Under the pieces are notes generated by a model. That model was not told the DNA's origin, searched no databases, and saw only the letters and a program-made list of their open reading frames with translations. Position numbers and translations under genes: made by a program. Positions 12,571-25,479 of a stretch of 64,000 bases of DNA are shown piece after piece. The first letter of the stretch is position 1, and every line of letters begins with the position of its first letter. Source of the stretch: Glaucostegus cemiculus (lineage: Eukaryota); NCBI GenBank assembly GCA_976551045.1, contig CDPCPM010000114.1, positions 620,001-684,000 on the forward strand. The letters are read 5' to 3'.

Positions 12571-13069
12571 CCCATTCAAGCCCCTCTTTGTGTCAGCAAC
12601 TGTAGATTGCACATTAGAACCAAGTCATCCTCAAATTTGAAGGACTACTCAAGATTCAATTTTTTTCAACTATTATATGGTTCTCTTCCTTTTTTGTTTC
12701 TATTCCATTTTTGTTCCTGATTATTTCTCTCTAAATTTTATTTTGTCAATAATTTTATTATTTTCCATTTTGCGCCCCAACAGAATTGCTTGCAGCCATT
12801 CCCATAATTTGCTGCTATAATTCCCAACTTTACATGTGGATGAAGAAGTAATTATTCCACATCTTTATCCAGCTCATTGTTCTATCACTGTCATTTTTAA
12901 GTCTAATATTCCTATTAGTGTCTGGTTTCTCCATTTTGTAACTCTCTTGTCACACTTATTGCTAGGGTTCACATCATCATGTAGAAATACATGATCTGTG
13001 TTTGAACAAAGGAGGATTAAAGTATGATGTAATCAGTTTTGGGTTCTTAACTCTTAGCTGGTAGATTTT

Positions 13070-13520
13070 CTTTTATTTATTCACATTTTGGTATTCCGAT
13101 CTGAATGTTATTGCCCATTCCTAAATGGCCTTGAGAGTGTTATAGTGAGTCACTTTCTGGAACAGTTGCAGTTCCTTCTCATGAACTTCCAAATCAAGGA
13201 TAATGACCCAGTGATAATGAAGGAACAGGGAGAAGTTTTCAAGTGAGGATGGTATGCAACTTGGAACAGAACCTTCAGGGTGTGGGGTTCCAAAGTCCTA
13301 AAGCTACTGTCCTCCTTGGTGGTAGAGGTCGCAATTTTAGGAAGTGTTTTGGTGTAGTTCCTGCAAGTAACTGCAGCAGTGCATTTGGTGGGTGGTACAT
13401 ACTGAATTCTCTCTGTGGCATTGGTGAAGGTAATGAATGTTTAGGAAGATGTTTAGGTGTGGTCCAGATGATGTTGGACCAAGGCCACCTACTAGAATAA
13501 TGGATAACACATGCCACTGC
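13070..13520 (-). mobile_element. Old CR1/Jockey-group LINE 3' fragment
   Basis: Starts with the family 3' end (ttgcccattcctaaatggccttgaga). The minus strand gives ...HYLHQCH...VCTTHQMHC, a decayed form of 'HSLHHRR...VCTIYKMHC'. Same family as 13970-16810 and 60640-61620. Confidence 0.7.
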
Positions 13521-13969
13521 TTATTTGGTCTAGATATGGAGGGCATCTCTCACTTGTTCTCACACTGTGGCTTGGCAAAGTCTGAGGCCCTGTCCTGAAA
13601 TACCCCTGACAGCTTGAAGTAAGACCTTCAGCTATGAAAGCTGCTTGTGATTTTAATAACAGACAAATGTCAGAGACATTTTAAAATTAAAATGTGAGAA
13701 GGAATTAAAATTTAATCTAATTAAAAACATTAACCTAGAGCAAAATAATTTTAATGAAGTAATTTACCTTTGTGTTTGCCCTAGATCTACAGCCCCCTTG
13801 AAGTGAACAGTGTCACTGATTCTGAGCCATATTTGACCAGGTGCAGAACTTGAGCAGTGGTTTTCTCCAGTATAATGGTGACAAGTTTTTGGCTGTCAAA
13901 ATCTGACAATAAGTCCAGACTTCTGTGTTTTACAGCTTTCATGCAGAAGTCTGGGAATTATGTTTTTTT

Positions 13970-16810
13970 TTATGATTTATACATTTCTGGGATGTGGGTT
14001 TTGCTGACGTCCTAAAATATTGTCCATTTCTATATGCCCATGAGGCGGTAGTGATGAGCCACTTCTTGAACCACTGTGGTCCTGCTAGCAGAGCCACTTA
14101 CATTGCTGATGGGTAGGGAATTTCCAAGTTAGAGTATTGTGAGATTTAGAGAGGAATCTACAGGTGATTGTGCTCTCATGTTCCTGAAGCCCATTTTTTT
14201 AAGCAGTGGAAATTGTGGGTTTGGGGGGGCATTGAGGAGTAGCTGGGATGAGTAATTGCAATGCATTTGTAGGTGGTACACACTCTATAGTGATTTTGAG
14301 TTGGTGGTAGAGGGGGGGCCAAGCACGTTGCTTGTCTTTGGTAGTGATAAATTTCCTGAGTGATGTTGGAGCTGCATTCACCTAAGCAAATGGAGAATAT
14401 ACTATCACACTCCTGACTTAGGCCTTGTGGATGATGGAGGGGCCTTGGGTGTCAGGAGGTGAATTACTGGCTGTAGAATACCAAACCTCTGGCCTGCTTT
14501 TGGAACCACAGTATTTATGCACTTTCAGATGAAGGATCTTCAGCCTGAAATGTTAACTCTGTTTCTGTTTCCACAGATGCTGTTAGATCTGCTGAGTGTT
14601 TCCAACATTTTCTGTTTTTTATTGTGGAATTTATGTGGTTGGTTTAGTTGATTTGCTTGTTGATCAGTTGTGACCATCAGCATCACACCCCCCCCCCCCC
14701 ACACACACACCCCTCTCCCAGATGTTGATAATAGGGAACTTGGTGAAGGTAATGGCAATGAATATCAAGAATAGGCAGTTAGATTCATTATTGCTGTAGA
14801 TGGTCATTACTTGACACTTTTGCAGCGTCAGTGTAGTATGTCACTTGTCATCCCATTTGTCAGATTTCCATGTTTTTGCAGGAATGGACTACTGCATTTA
14901 CTGAGAAGTTGTTAATGGAACAGGACATTGTGCAATCATCAGTGAATATCTCCACTTCTAATCTAGAGTTGGAAGGAACATCATTAATGAACCAGCCAAA
15001 GATGGTTGGGCCTACAACATTTTCTTGAGGGACTGCTGCAGTGATGCCCTGGGACTATCAGGATTGACTGAAACATCTTTCATTGTGTTAGGTTTGAATC
15101 CAGTCATTGGAGTATTTTCCCCTTGATATCTATTGAGTTCAGTTTTACCAGGGTTCCTTAATGGTACACTCAGTCACATGTTGTCTTGATGTCAAGGACA
15201 GTCACTTTCAGCCCACCTCTATAAATCAGCTCTTTAGGCCATGTTTGATCCAAGACTGTGTTGAAGTCGAGAGCTGAGTGGTCCTGGTGATACCCAAACA
15301 GATTACTGTGGAGTTTTTGAATGGCACCGTCAATAATGCCTCCAGCACTTGACTGATGATAGAGAATAGACTAGATGATAGTTAGATTAGTCCTGTCTTG
15401 CATTTTGTGAAAAGGACACAGCTGGAAAATTTTTCATCTTGGGTTGATGCCAGTGTTGTAACTGTACCGGTTATAGAGGTACAGGTAGCACAATTTGTTT
15501 GGTATTATGGTTGGGATGTGGACCAGTCCTATAGTCTTTGCTGCATCCAGTGTTCTCTGTGGTTTCTTCAAATCTCATAGGGTGAATTGAATTGGCTGAT
15601 GACTGGCTTCTGTGATGTTGAGGATTTCAATAAGAAGCTGAGACAGATAATCCATTTGGCACATCTCATTTTACGTTGTTGTGGGTGCATCAGCCCTGCT
15701 TTTAGTATTTACATGCTGGGCCCTGCTATAGTTGAAGATGAGAATGTCCTTGGAGCCCCCTCCTCCCTTTAGCTGTTTTATAATCCACTGCCGTTTGTGG
15801 CTAGGTGAGGCAGGACTACAGAGCTTTGATCTGATCTGTTGTTGAAGGATCACATCTCTGCCTATTCATACTGTTTAGTACTTGTGTAGTTGTGTGTAGC
15901 ATTTTTGTCAAGTTGGTACCTTATTTGGTGCTACTGCTGCAATGCCCTTCTGCATTCCTCATTGAACCAGGGTTAATCCCTTGACTTGATTGTAGCATTA
16001 GTGTGGGGGATATGATGGGCCATGAGGTTACATATTGTGGTGGTGTTCAGGTTTTGCGGTTCTGGCTGATGGATACCCAGTTTTGGGTTGCCGGATCTGT
16101 TCTGAATCTATTCTATTTGGAATGATTGTGATGGTGCCTAACATGAAGCAGGTTCTCAATGGGTAGATGGGATTTTGTTTCCACAAAAATTCTGCAATGG
16201 TCACTTCTACCAAGATTATCCTGCATCTGCTAGAGGTAGGTGGGCAAGGATAAGTAGATTTATCCCTGGTGTTGGTTAACTCACTACCTAAAGCATACCT
16301 AGTCTTGTCACAATGTCCTTCAGGGTTTGGCCAGCTCAAACAGTGATGGTGCAACCAGTCCATTCTTAGCGATGGTCAATGAGATTATCATCCAGAATGC
16401 ATTCTGTGACATTGCTATTTTCATTGCTTCTTTCATGTATTCTCCAACGTGGAGGAAATTTGATTCATGAGTTGAGGAAGGATTATATGTGATATTCATA
16501 AAGAGGTTTCTTTGCCTATATTTGACACAATGTCATGCGGTTTCATAGGATCTGGACTCATTGTTGAGGGCTCCCAGGAATATTCTTGCCTTTATACCAC
16601 ATTGCTGCTTCCTTGGGTGAGTCAGTTCTGTACTTGGGACAAAGAGTTATGAATCTGTGAGTACAGTTGTGTCAGGCTGTCACTTAGCTGTTCTCTGGGA
16701 CTGCTCTCCCATTTTAGGCACTAGCCCTAGATGTTTGTGAGGAGGACTTTGCAAGGTCAACTGGACAGGGAATAGCTCTTGTGTTTCTGAAGTTGATTCT
16801 GGGCAGCCTG
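13970..16810 (-). mobile_element. Long decayed copy of the same old LINE family (RT and upstream region)
   Basis: The minus strand of ~14370-14436 reads IIHKA*VRSVIVYSPFA*VNAA, a decayed form of IYKAQVRSVMEYSPLAW. The segment at ~15660-15860 is homologous in reverse orientation to 19900-20030. It is interrupted by a short terminal-repeat unit at 14520-14628. Confidence 0.7.
14520..14628 (+). mobile_element. Solo Penelope-type terminal-repeat unit inserted in a LINE
   Basis: cagatgaaggatcttcagcctgaaatgttaactctgtttc...ccacagatgctg...tccaacattttctgttttt; flanked by the direct repeat ATTTATG (14513-14519 and 14629-14635). Confidence 0.75.
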
Positions 16811-16899
16811 GCCTGTTTTATTCTGCTTCATGGTTACAAGGGCATTGAAGAGTTAAAATGGATGGACAATGGCTGTTCGAGTTAGAACTATTTTGAAAG

Positions 16900-17220
16900 C
16901 AAGGAACCATCCAGCCTGCTTGTTATCTCTCTACTTTCTCTAACCCCACAACAGCCAAGATCTTTATTCTCCCATTCTAGCATGATTGGCTGGTTCCTTT
17001 TCCATTAGAAGCCATACCTTCAGCTGCCATGACCCCTAACTTCCTCCTTAAGCCTTTCAAAACACTCTATTTTTACAACTCAAGTGTTAAACAAAGTATT
17101 TGTTTACTTGTCTCATTTTCTCTGTCCTTAGAAGCCAAATTTTGTTAGAAGCCAGTCAAATGGTGCCCCTTGGGATGTTTTACCATATTAAAGCTGCTGT
17201 ATCAATTTATGTTGTTTTAT
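16900..17220 (+). mobile_element. L2-like LINE 3' remnant
   Basis: 'ccatacct tcagctgcc...ccctaac' followed by the 3' tail 'ccttgggatgttttaccatattaaagctgctgtatcaatttatgttgtt'. Confidence 0.5.
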
Positions 17221-18559
17221 TGAGTTAGTTGATCCCAACCACAGATAGTGGGAAGTTAGAGACTGTTGTGTGACAATGGATTGGTGAAGGGAAAAATAAC
17301 CATTGTTCCCACACTCTTAACATCCAATAACCCTTCTCTGAAGGAAAATGTATGCTTCAGATGGTAGGTCAGCTATGATTTGATTCAACGGCTGGATAAC
17401 ATTGTCAAGTAGCATTAGATCTAGACTTACGTACAAGCATGGTCAAATGAGTGAGAGATGAAAGAACAGCTGGCACCCATGAAATTGTAAATGAATTAGG
17501 AACTGGTGCTCCAGAGAAATGAGGAGGCTCAAGTAAATTGTCAGAAATACTAATTGGATAGTTAATCCTTTAACTAAGTTTCACAAACTGAATCACTATT
17601 TGTACTTTAAAGATTATCAAGGAGATCATAAGGCACTAGTCTTATATTGACCTCCATGAAGAACCTATTTTTATGATGGAGTTTGGTGTGTGCTCCTGAG
17701 TAAATTGTATACCTAAGATTTACTTCACTCTGTTTGCAAATTTATTTCAGCATTACACGTTTCTGGGTATTGTTTCTGCTTGCAATGCAAGTGAAATTGG
17801 TTACTACTTTTTTGGATTAATGTAACTCAAATTATATTGACAGTCTTAACAGAAACATTGGTTTGATCTTCTGGGTTAATAAGCTAGAATCCATAATTGC
17901 ATAAGGTATTGTCAGGTATTGTGATGCTGCAGTGATTAAGAACAAAAACGACAAGTAGCCCAAAACTTATCTGAAGGAGTCTTGGTAGTTTGTTACCCAA
18001 AAGCATGCTTTTATTTTTAACTTTAGCATACAGCCACGGTCTACAATGCAGGATGGCATCACGGAATAAACTAGAAGACACAAGAAAGCAATGTATTCTA
18101 TTTCCAGTGGTTCTCTTTTGTTTATGAACACTGATAAAACACAAAATATGTTTTTACAAACCAAATGTGTAGCTTCTTATGTTTGTCCACACAGGTTTAT
18201 CAACTTGACCAGATAAACTACATCTCCTGAATGACTAAATTTATGCTTCAGGGGCTTTCACAATAGTCTTATTTCTATTTGTACATTCCATTATTACAAC
18301 ATTAAAGTAATTATCTTCGCCATTATATTGCCTCGTGAGATTTAAGTCGACTGAAACCAGAAGAGTAGGAAGAGACTGAGGGAGTTCAATTGGTTTGACG
18401 TCTCGGGATTAGAATTATTCAAAAACAAAAACATCTGATATTTTCATGACCAGTGACCTTATTTGTCCAAATATACAAGAACTTGAGAAATACTGGACAT
18501 TGTATACAAGGATAAGAAATTTATAGTGTATTTATCAAGCTTCTGAATTGGACATCTCA

Positions 18560-18925
18560 GGAAATGGATGTCTCAGAAAGGCAACATCCACCATTAAGAA
18601 TCCCCACCATCCGGGCTGTCCCATCAGACAGGAGCTACAGGAATCTGAAGACCCACACCACAGGGTTCAATAACAGCTTCTTCTCCATTGTCATCCAACC
18701 CTGCCTTGGACTACATTTCTTTTTTTCTCACTCTCAACTTGCACTAATGTCATTATGATTATTTTGTTGTGTAAGTTATATATGATTTATGTTAATCTAA
18801 GTTTGTTAACTCATGTTTGTCATCTTTGTAATGTATTGTGCTGCAGCTGCTGTTGCAAAAAGCTGAATGTTAATGGCATTTATACCAGGGTATGTATGCC
18901 TATGACAATAAACTTGAACTTGATA
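18560..18925 (+). mobile_element. Rex1/Babar-type LINE 3' fragment
   Basis: Encodes PSDRSYRNLKTHTTGFNNSFFSIVIQ; ends with 'atgacaataaacttgaacttga'. Confidence 0.8.
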
Positions 18926-19279
18926 TTAAGATTGTAGAAGGAAAAGCACACTATGTAGAATTTCATAGTTTTAGCACCTGGGAATGGAAGAATAGATGGT
19001 ACAACAAAAATCCTTAATTTAAATTCATGGAACAAGCAAGATGAGACGTGGTTGCAGCATTGAAGGAATAACAGAACAGCCTGAAGAGCACTGACAATGG
19101 TTGAATCAATAAAGAGACAACAATTGTTATCAAGGGATTGGAAGGTTAGAGATGAGTTGACATAAGTATGGTCGTCTTATATCTCAACACATTCTGTAAT
19201 TTGCTATTGTACAGAACTGTAAAAGTAATGACATTCCCAGATGTCAGAGTGGTATGGGCCTACTGGTGTTCAAGTCGGG

Positions 19280-19600
19280 GATATACTAGTAAAGTGGTCA
19301 GATTACTAGACTAGTATCTAACCTGTTGATCCATCCCACAGCTTAAATTCAAGTATAAATTCGGTATAAAAAACTACCATTGGTAAATGCTGACGATGAA
19401 ACTACTGGATTGTCATATAACCTAGTATGCTATTGTCCTTAATGGAAAGAAACCTGCCATCCTTACCCAGTCTGGCCTGTATATAATTCCAGACCGACCA
19501 AGGTGGTTTAGTCTTAAATGCCCAGCAGGCTGCTCAGTTTAAGAGAAAATTAAAAATGGACAATAAATGCTGGCTTTAGCAACAAACTCCATGACCTTTG
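19280..19600 (+). mobile_element. Old SINE sharing its 3' tail with the old LINE family
   Basis: Body 'aaacctgccatccttacccagtctggcc...ccagacc...gtggtttagtcttaaatgccc'. The tail 'atggacaataaatgctggc' is complementary to the LINE 3' end at ~60660-60690. Homologous copies lie at 39265-39560 and 48810-49040. Confidence 0.65.
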
Positions 19601-19639
19601 AACTAATAAAAGCCACTGAGGAACCACTCCATTGTACTC

Positions 19640-20080
19640 TATGACTCAGATAAGCGGCAGTAGATTTGGAATCGTTTAAAACCATGCGGTACTGTTGCCA
19701 CTCAGTAGAAGAACTGTGTTCCAGCACAATCTGTAACCTCATAGCCTGGCATATCTCTCACGTTGCCTTTACCTTCAAACAAAAGATTGGAGGTTACTCA
19801 AGGAAGAGCACCAGGCATATGGATTAATGCAATGCCAGTCTGATGCAGGTACAACATAGAGCCATATGCTAAGCAACTGAAGTGAAAAGATAAAGACAGT
19901 GCCAGGTGGTCCCACCATCAATAGATCAGGTCAGAGCTCTAGTCCTACCACATTCAGTTGTGAATAATGATGGAAAATTAAACAAATCACTTGAGTTGAG
20001 AATTCATGAACGTATCCATTCTCACAATTCATGAGCCCAGTTCATTAATGCAGAGAACAAAACTGAAACACATTGCTGAA
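19640..20080 (+). mobile_element. Internal fragment of the old LINE family
   Basis: 'atagatcaggtcagagctctagtcctaccacattcag...tggaaaattaaacaa' is the reverse complement homologue of ~15770-15840. Confidence 0.55.
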
Positions 20081-20549
20081 GGTGCTATGTGTGTTTGGAT
20101 AGTGTGAGAACAGAATTAATGTATTTTAAAGCGATTGCATGTGAAGGAAAATAATTGGAGATTGCTGTAATTATGCTGCAGGAGAAACTTGAATAAGAAT
20201 GAATCACGGAATGCATTACAGCATAGAAGGGGACATTCAGCCCCTCAAGCCAAGTCTGCATCAGCTCTAGGCAAGTGCAATCTAGGTAGGCCCATTCCTC
20301 CGTCCTCTCTACATAGCCCTGAAAATTCTTTCTATTTAGATACTTATCCTGCAACATTTTCAGTGCTACAGTTGAATTTGTTGCCACAATTGCCTCTGTC
20401 ATTTCTGGGACTTTTGCCAATTATTCATTCTACTTCTCCTAGTTCTTGTTTCCTCTGCCAATGGGAAAATTTTCTGTCTATTCTGACTGTACACTTCATG
20501 GTTTAAAAATTCTAGATTAGATCTCCTCACAAAAAATAAGAAAAATGAA

Positions 20550-20890
20550 ACATTTATAAATGTGAGGGTTTAAAAGATATTGATGTTTGGAACAACCTGG
20601 ATGTCCTTATACATGAATCACTGAAAGTTAATGTGCAGATATGGAAAGCAATTAGAAAGGCAAGTGTTGTATTGGCCTTTACTGCAGAAAGATTTGGAAA
20701 CAAAAGACAATCTGCTGGAATGATATAGGATCCTGGTGAGAATGCATTTGGAATATTGTGTACACTTCTGATTCCCCACTTAAGAAAGAACATATTTGTA
20801 TTAGAATGAGTTGAGTGAAGCTTTAACAGTTTAATTCCTGGGATAGCATGAGAGATTATACCAGTATATCTGAGTTTAGAATAATCTCAA
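20550..20890 (+). mobile_element. Decayed CR1 RT fragment
   Basis: 'ctggatgtccttatacatgaatcactgaaagttaatgtgcag...gcaattagaaaggcaagt...ttggcctttact...ctggtgagaatgcatttggaatattgtgtaca' corresponds to CR1 'LGVLVH.SLK...LVRPHLEYCV'. Confidence 0.75.
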
Positions 20891-20934
20891 ATACATCTTC
20901 CTTTATGAAAACAATGTTATAAAACATTTAGTAC

Positions 20935-21560
20935 TTCAGGCAGCCTCCATGAATAAATTTCCATTTTCATCTGGTTGGGTTTAGTCCTCCTCTTACACCT
21001 TTTTTACCTGAAACACTAACTGATTCTCTTTCCACAGACACTGACCATTTTCAGCATTTTCAGTTTCAGATTTCCAAAATTTGCTGTTTTCCCCCCACTA
21101 AGAATAAGGTAAGAAGGTAATGTGGTAATATGGTTATAATTTTAAACACTAAAGAGGTCATAGTATTTAGATTCCTGCAAAAAAAAACACAGTCTTGGCC
21201 ACTTTTTCTCTTAGAAACATGAGCAGTTTGAGTCTGAGCTGAAGTTTATACTGTAGATTTGATCCTTTGCCAGTGCTGCTGCTTTTTCCACCTGCTTACA
21301 ACCATCTTTCTCTTCTGCCTGAAGGTGTTACAACCATCTATTTAGAAATCATTTTATCATTTCAAGGTTTGATTTTCCTTTTAAATAAAATTAGAAATTT
21401 TCAACTCAGTCAGTATCTTTGGAGAACATAAGTCAATATTTTGGGTTAAATCTTTCATTAGCATCAACTGATATCTTGTTCCTATTTCTCACTCTATAGC
21501 TACTGTCTGAGCTGAGGAGCATTACTAATATTTAATGTTTTACTTAAGATATCCAACACC
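20935..21560. repeat. Two highly decayed inverted Penelope-type terminal-repeat units
   Basis: 'cctgaaacactaactgattctctttccacagac...cagcattttcagtttcagatttcca' at ~21005-21080 and a second decayed pair at ~21380-21560. Confidence 0.5.
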
Positions 21561-22199
21561 TCTATAGTTTGATAGTTTTGATTTTGATAGTTTTCCATTA
21601 TGTAGTCCCAGCACCCTCAAAGCTCCTCTAACCTTTTATCAACCAGGTACACTGGCTCCATATGTCCCAATGTCCCAAAAATATTAACTCTGGTTTTAAA
21701 ATTCCTGCATCACCACCTCATTCTGTTTGTGTAATGCATTTTTTTCTAACTACAAGGCCAATCCTAGTAACCCATTTTGATATTTGGCTTTACGCTGTTT
21801 GTTCCTGTTCATTTCACCCAGTTTTTTTAAGGCTAATATTTTATTGATTACTTCTCCCTCAAGGTCCTGTTTAAAACTATCTATTCCACTTGTCTTCTAC
21901 ATCTGAAAGAAGCCATTTGGCTGTTAGTTGCTCTCTTTCTATCTCTGACTCCCCCGTCTAACTCTTCCTCCTCCTCCACCTCCACCTCCAATCAAATTAA
22001 TACTTCTTAGTTTCATTCATTTCTGGACCTTGAAGTGCTCTGGATGTTATTGTGTTCTTTTACTGAAAACTGTGCTCATTTGGGGGATGCAATATATCAT
22101 GAGCAAAGATGTGAGTTTATGCCATCTTCCACATTTTCCCCCAAGTATGTACTAATTTTCAATATTACCAAAATATTCCAATTGACAAAGGAAAATAAC

Positions 22200-23509
22200 A
22201 CTTGGAGAGGTATGGCATGATTAGAAATAGTCAGCATGGTTTTGTCAAGGGCAGGTCCTGTCTTACGAGTCTTATAGAATTTTTTGAAGAAGTGACCAAG
22301 AACGTCGATGAAGGGAGATCGGTAAATGTAGTGTATATGGATTTTAGCAAGGCGTTTGATAAGGTGCCCCATGCGAGGCTTATGGAGAAGGTGAGGAGAC
22401 ACGGGATCCAGGGGGACGTTGCGGTGTGGATTCAGAATTGGCTGTCCTAAAGAAGGCAAAGAGTGGTTGTGGAAAGGTCGTATTCTGAGTGGAGGTCGGT
22501 GACCTCCGGTGTACCTCAGGGATCTGTGCTGGGACCCTTGCTGTTTGTCATTTTTATAAATGACCTGGATGAGGAAGTGGAAGGGTGGGTTAGTAAGTTT
22601 GCGGACGACACGAAGGTTGGGGGAGCTGTAGATAGTTTGGAGGGCTGTCAGAGGCTACAGACGGACATAGATAGGATGCAGAGTTGGGCTGAGAAATGGC
22701 AGGTGCAGTTCAACCCAGATAAGTGTGAAGTGGTTCATTTTGGTAGGTCGAATAGGTTGGTGGAATATAAAATTAATGGTAAGACTCTTGGCAGTGTGGA
22801 GGATCGGAGGGATCTTGGGGTCTGAGTCCATAGGACACTCAAGGCGGCTGCGCAGGTTGACTCCATGGTTAGGAAGGCATATGGTGTATTGTCCTTCATC
22901 GGTCGAGGGATTGAATTTAGGAGTCGGGAGGTATTGCTTCAGTTGTATAGGTCCCTGGTCAGACCCCACCTGAAGTATTGTGTTTAGTTCTGGTCGCCTC
23001 ACTACAGGAAGGATGTGGAAGCTATAGAGAGGGTGCAGAGGAGGTTTACGAGGATGCTGCCTGGAATGAGGAGCATGCCTTATGAGAGCAGGTTGCGGGA
23101 ACTCGGTCTTTTCTCCTTGGAGAGAAGGAGGATGAGGGGGGACCTGATTGAGGTGTATAAGATGATGGGAGGTATTGATAGTGTAGATAGACAGAGGCTT
23201 TTCCCCAGGGCTGAAATGGTGGCCACAAGAGGACATAGGTTTAAGGTGCTGGGGGGAAGATATAGGGGAGATGTTAGGGGTAAGTTTTTTACTCAGAGAG
23301 GTATGAGTGCATGGAATAGGCTGCCGGAAATGGTGGTGGAGGCAGATACGATAGGGTCTTTCAAGAGACTGTTGGATAGGTACACAGAGGTAAATAAGAT
23401 AGAAGGCTATGGATAAGCCTAATAGTGTGGGGACATGTTCAGCACAGCTTTGTGGGCCGAAGGGCCTGAATTCTGCGGTAGGTATCTATGTTCTATGTTC
23501 TAAGTTCTA
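22200..23509 (+). mobile_element. Young 5'-truncated CR1 (HER1-like) LINE with RT pseudogene and 3' tail
   Basis: SQHGFVKGRSCLTSL, YMDFSKAFDKVPH, GVPQGSVLGPLLF, KFADDTK and IERVQRRFTRML all lie in one reading frame (22202, 22463 and 23015 share a frame), broken by in-frame stops. The 3' UTR has 'gggccgaagggcctg' and a (ttctatg)n tail. Confidence 0.97.
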
Positions 23510-23512
23510 AAT

Positions 23513-23595
23513 AAAATACTGCAGATGCTGGAAATCTGTTTTTCTCTCCACCAATTCTACCTGACCAATGAGCCTTTTCAGCATTTCCTGTAAAT
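23513..23595. repeat. Collapsed Penelope-type terminal-repeat unit
   Basis: 'aaaatactgcagatgctggaaatctg' is joined directly to 'tttttctctccacc...cctgacc...tttcagcatttcctg'. Confidence 0.6.
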
Positions 23596-25479
23596 ATCTT
23601 CCATGTCTTCTAGATATAACATCACAAATGTTATGTTTGAATCCAATTATCTCTTTCAGTAGTATTCAATACATCTAAGGAAATCACAGCCCTTCTCCTG
23701 CACTATTAAAACTTTGGTAACTATCAGTTCAATATGACCAAGTGAATATTTATTCCCATTCAATTGAATGTTAAAGGGAATGGAAAGGGTAATCATTGAC
23801 TCTTGGGTGAATAACTTAACTTTGTGCTTCTCACCACACTAATCCAGCTGTGTAAAATAGATTCCTTCATGTCCTTTCAGATTTCTTGCAATAGATAGCC
23901 ATACATATTAGATATACACTCCCATATGATATCGGATTAAAGTATTGTAAAATCTGGCATTTCATTATCCAGTTTTACACTTTTATAGATATTAACCAAA
24001 GTATATCATTGGTCATCTGAATGTTAAATATTTCAGGGATGTCCCTGCACTGCCTGAAAATCTTAACCAAATGGAGTGAATAGAGCTGATTCACTCCCTG
24101 TGGTCTCCTCCCACCTACACTTGCCTGGGCTGGATTTGAAGGGCTGATATGAGTAATTGTGCACAAGCAAAGCATTCAGCAAGGCAAGGTGAGGTCTCAG
24201 GGTACTGCTGAGGTCTTGTCTCTAGAATGGCCTTACAGACTTTGAAAGGATGCAAAACTGGGAGTGGAATTCTGTATTTTGTCAGAGCTGTGAGGCTTTT
24301 TCAAAAGTCTGGTGTAGGATTGGAGGGAGGTGGATTCTCAAGAATAATGGATGTGGCCTCACTGTTGGTTCCATATGAAATCCACCAAGTCCTGGACTTG
24401 AGTAGCAATGCTATGAGTCCAGGACTAACATATGTGGGAGCAGATGAACATCTTTCTCTTTGGAAATTGTTTCTCACCGCCAGCACATTTCAGTACATGA
24501 AAGTAGAACTGAGATATGTAAAATTATATTCTCATCCAAACTGTGTATATCTATCTTTCAAGCTTCCTCACCTCTCCAACCTTTTCAAAAAATAATGAAT
24601 CACTTGGTGAGAATTCTGGTTACAAATCATTAAACTAATTTATTTCAGATGGGAAGTGAATGTTAGGTCAGAGTAGCTGAAACTTGCACTTGATTCCTGC
24701 ACTTGAAAAAATAGCTAACAACTTGTATTTATATAGTACTTTATCATTGTAAAACATACCACAGACTAAAAACGTCAATCCAGCCTCTTTACGTTCACTC
24801 ACTTATTCGGTTTAGACTTCTAACTGAAAAGGACCCATTTTAAAATCGTCCTTGTCTAGGCCTGAATATCTGCCATTGTCTCTTAAAACCTTGACCCACA
24901 GGATCCTTTCTGTAGACAGCTAGAAGACTTGCATACTAACTTCTAAGTTATTTGTAATTTTCCTGGCAACTAAGTATCTACCTCTCCTCTTCAAAGCAAA
25001 CTTGTTTTTGATGAATGGGATCTTTCTCCTCACAAATAGCTCTGAGGAGAGTTGATTGAGGAACTCCTGTAGCAAGTCCTGGGACTGAGATGCTTACTCT
25101 GATTAATTTTATCCCCAAATCCTTTTGGTGAACAAAAATTTCCAAAGCACAACACCATTTCAACAATTTAGAGAACAGGAATACCTTTCCTCCTTTGAGA
25201 ATCATTGTGTGCCTAGCTTATTGATGATGATGCTCTGTCATATTCATCAAGGAGAACTATCATTCCCAAGATCTCTGCCCCTAACATCGATTCTGGTGTG
25301 CACTCAATTCCAGGCTATTGAGGTTGTAGTTTGGCAAAATGAAAATAATTAATCCTACCAAGCACTTGGGCTGTACAACATTGAATTGTTTGTTCAATTT
25401 TGTTCCATTAAAAAATCCACTAAGGTTAAGTGTCGAAAAATGTGACTTGTGGTACATTTTAGGAAGCAAAATGTCATTT

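Noticed and set aside
13915-13954. 11-bp inverted repeat ccagacttctg/cagaagtctgg
   Set aside because: It lies in a decayed repeat-like tract and is probably an internal feature of an old non-autonomous element; no evidence of a separate function.
22097-23236. Longest ORF in the track (193 aa, minus) and other antisense ORFs over the CR1
   Set aside because: They are antisense shadows of the CR1 RT frame, not independent genes.
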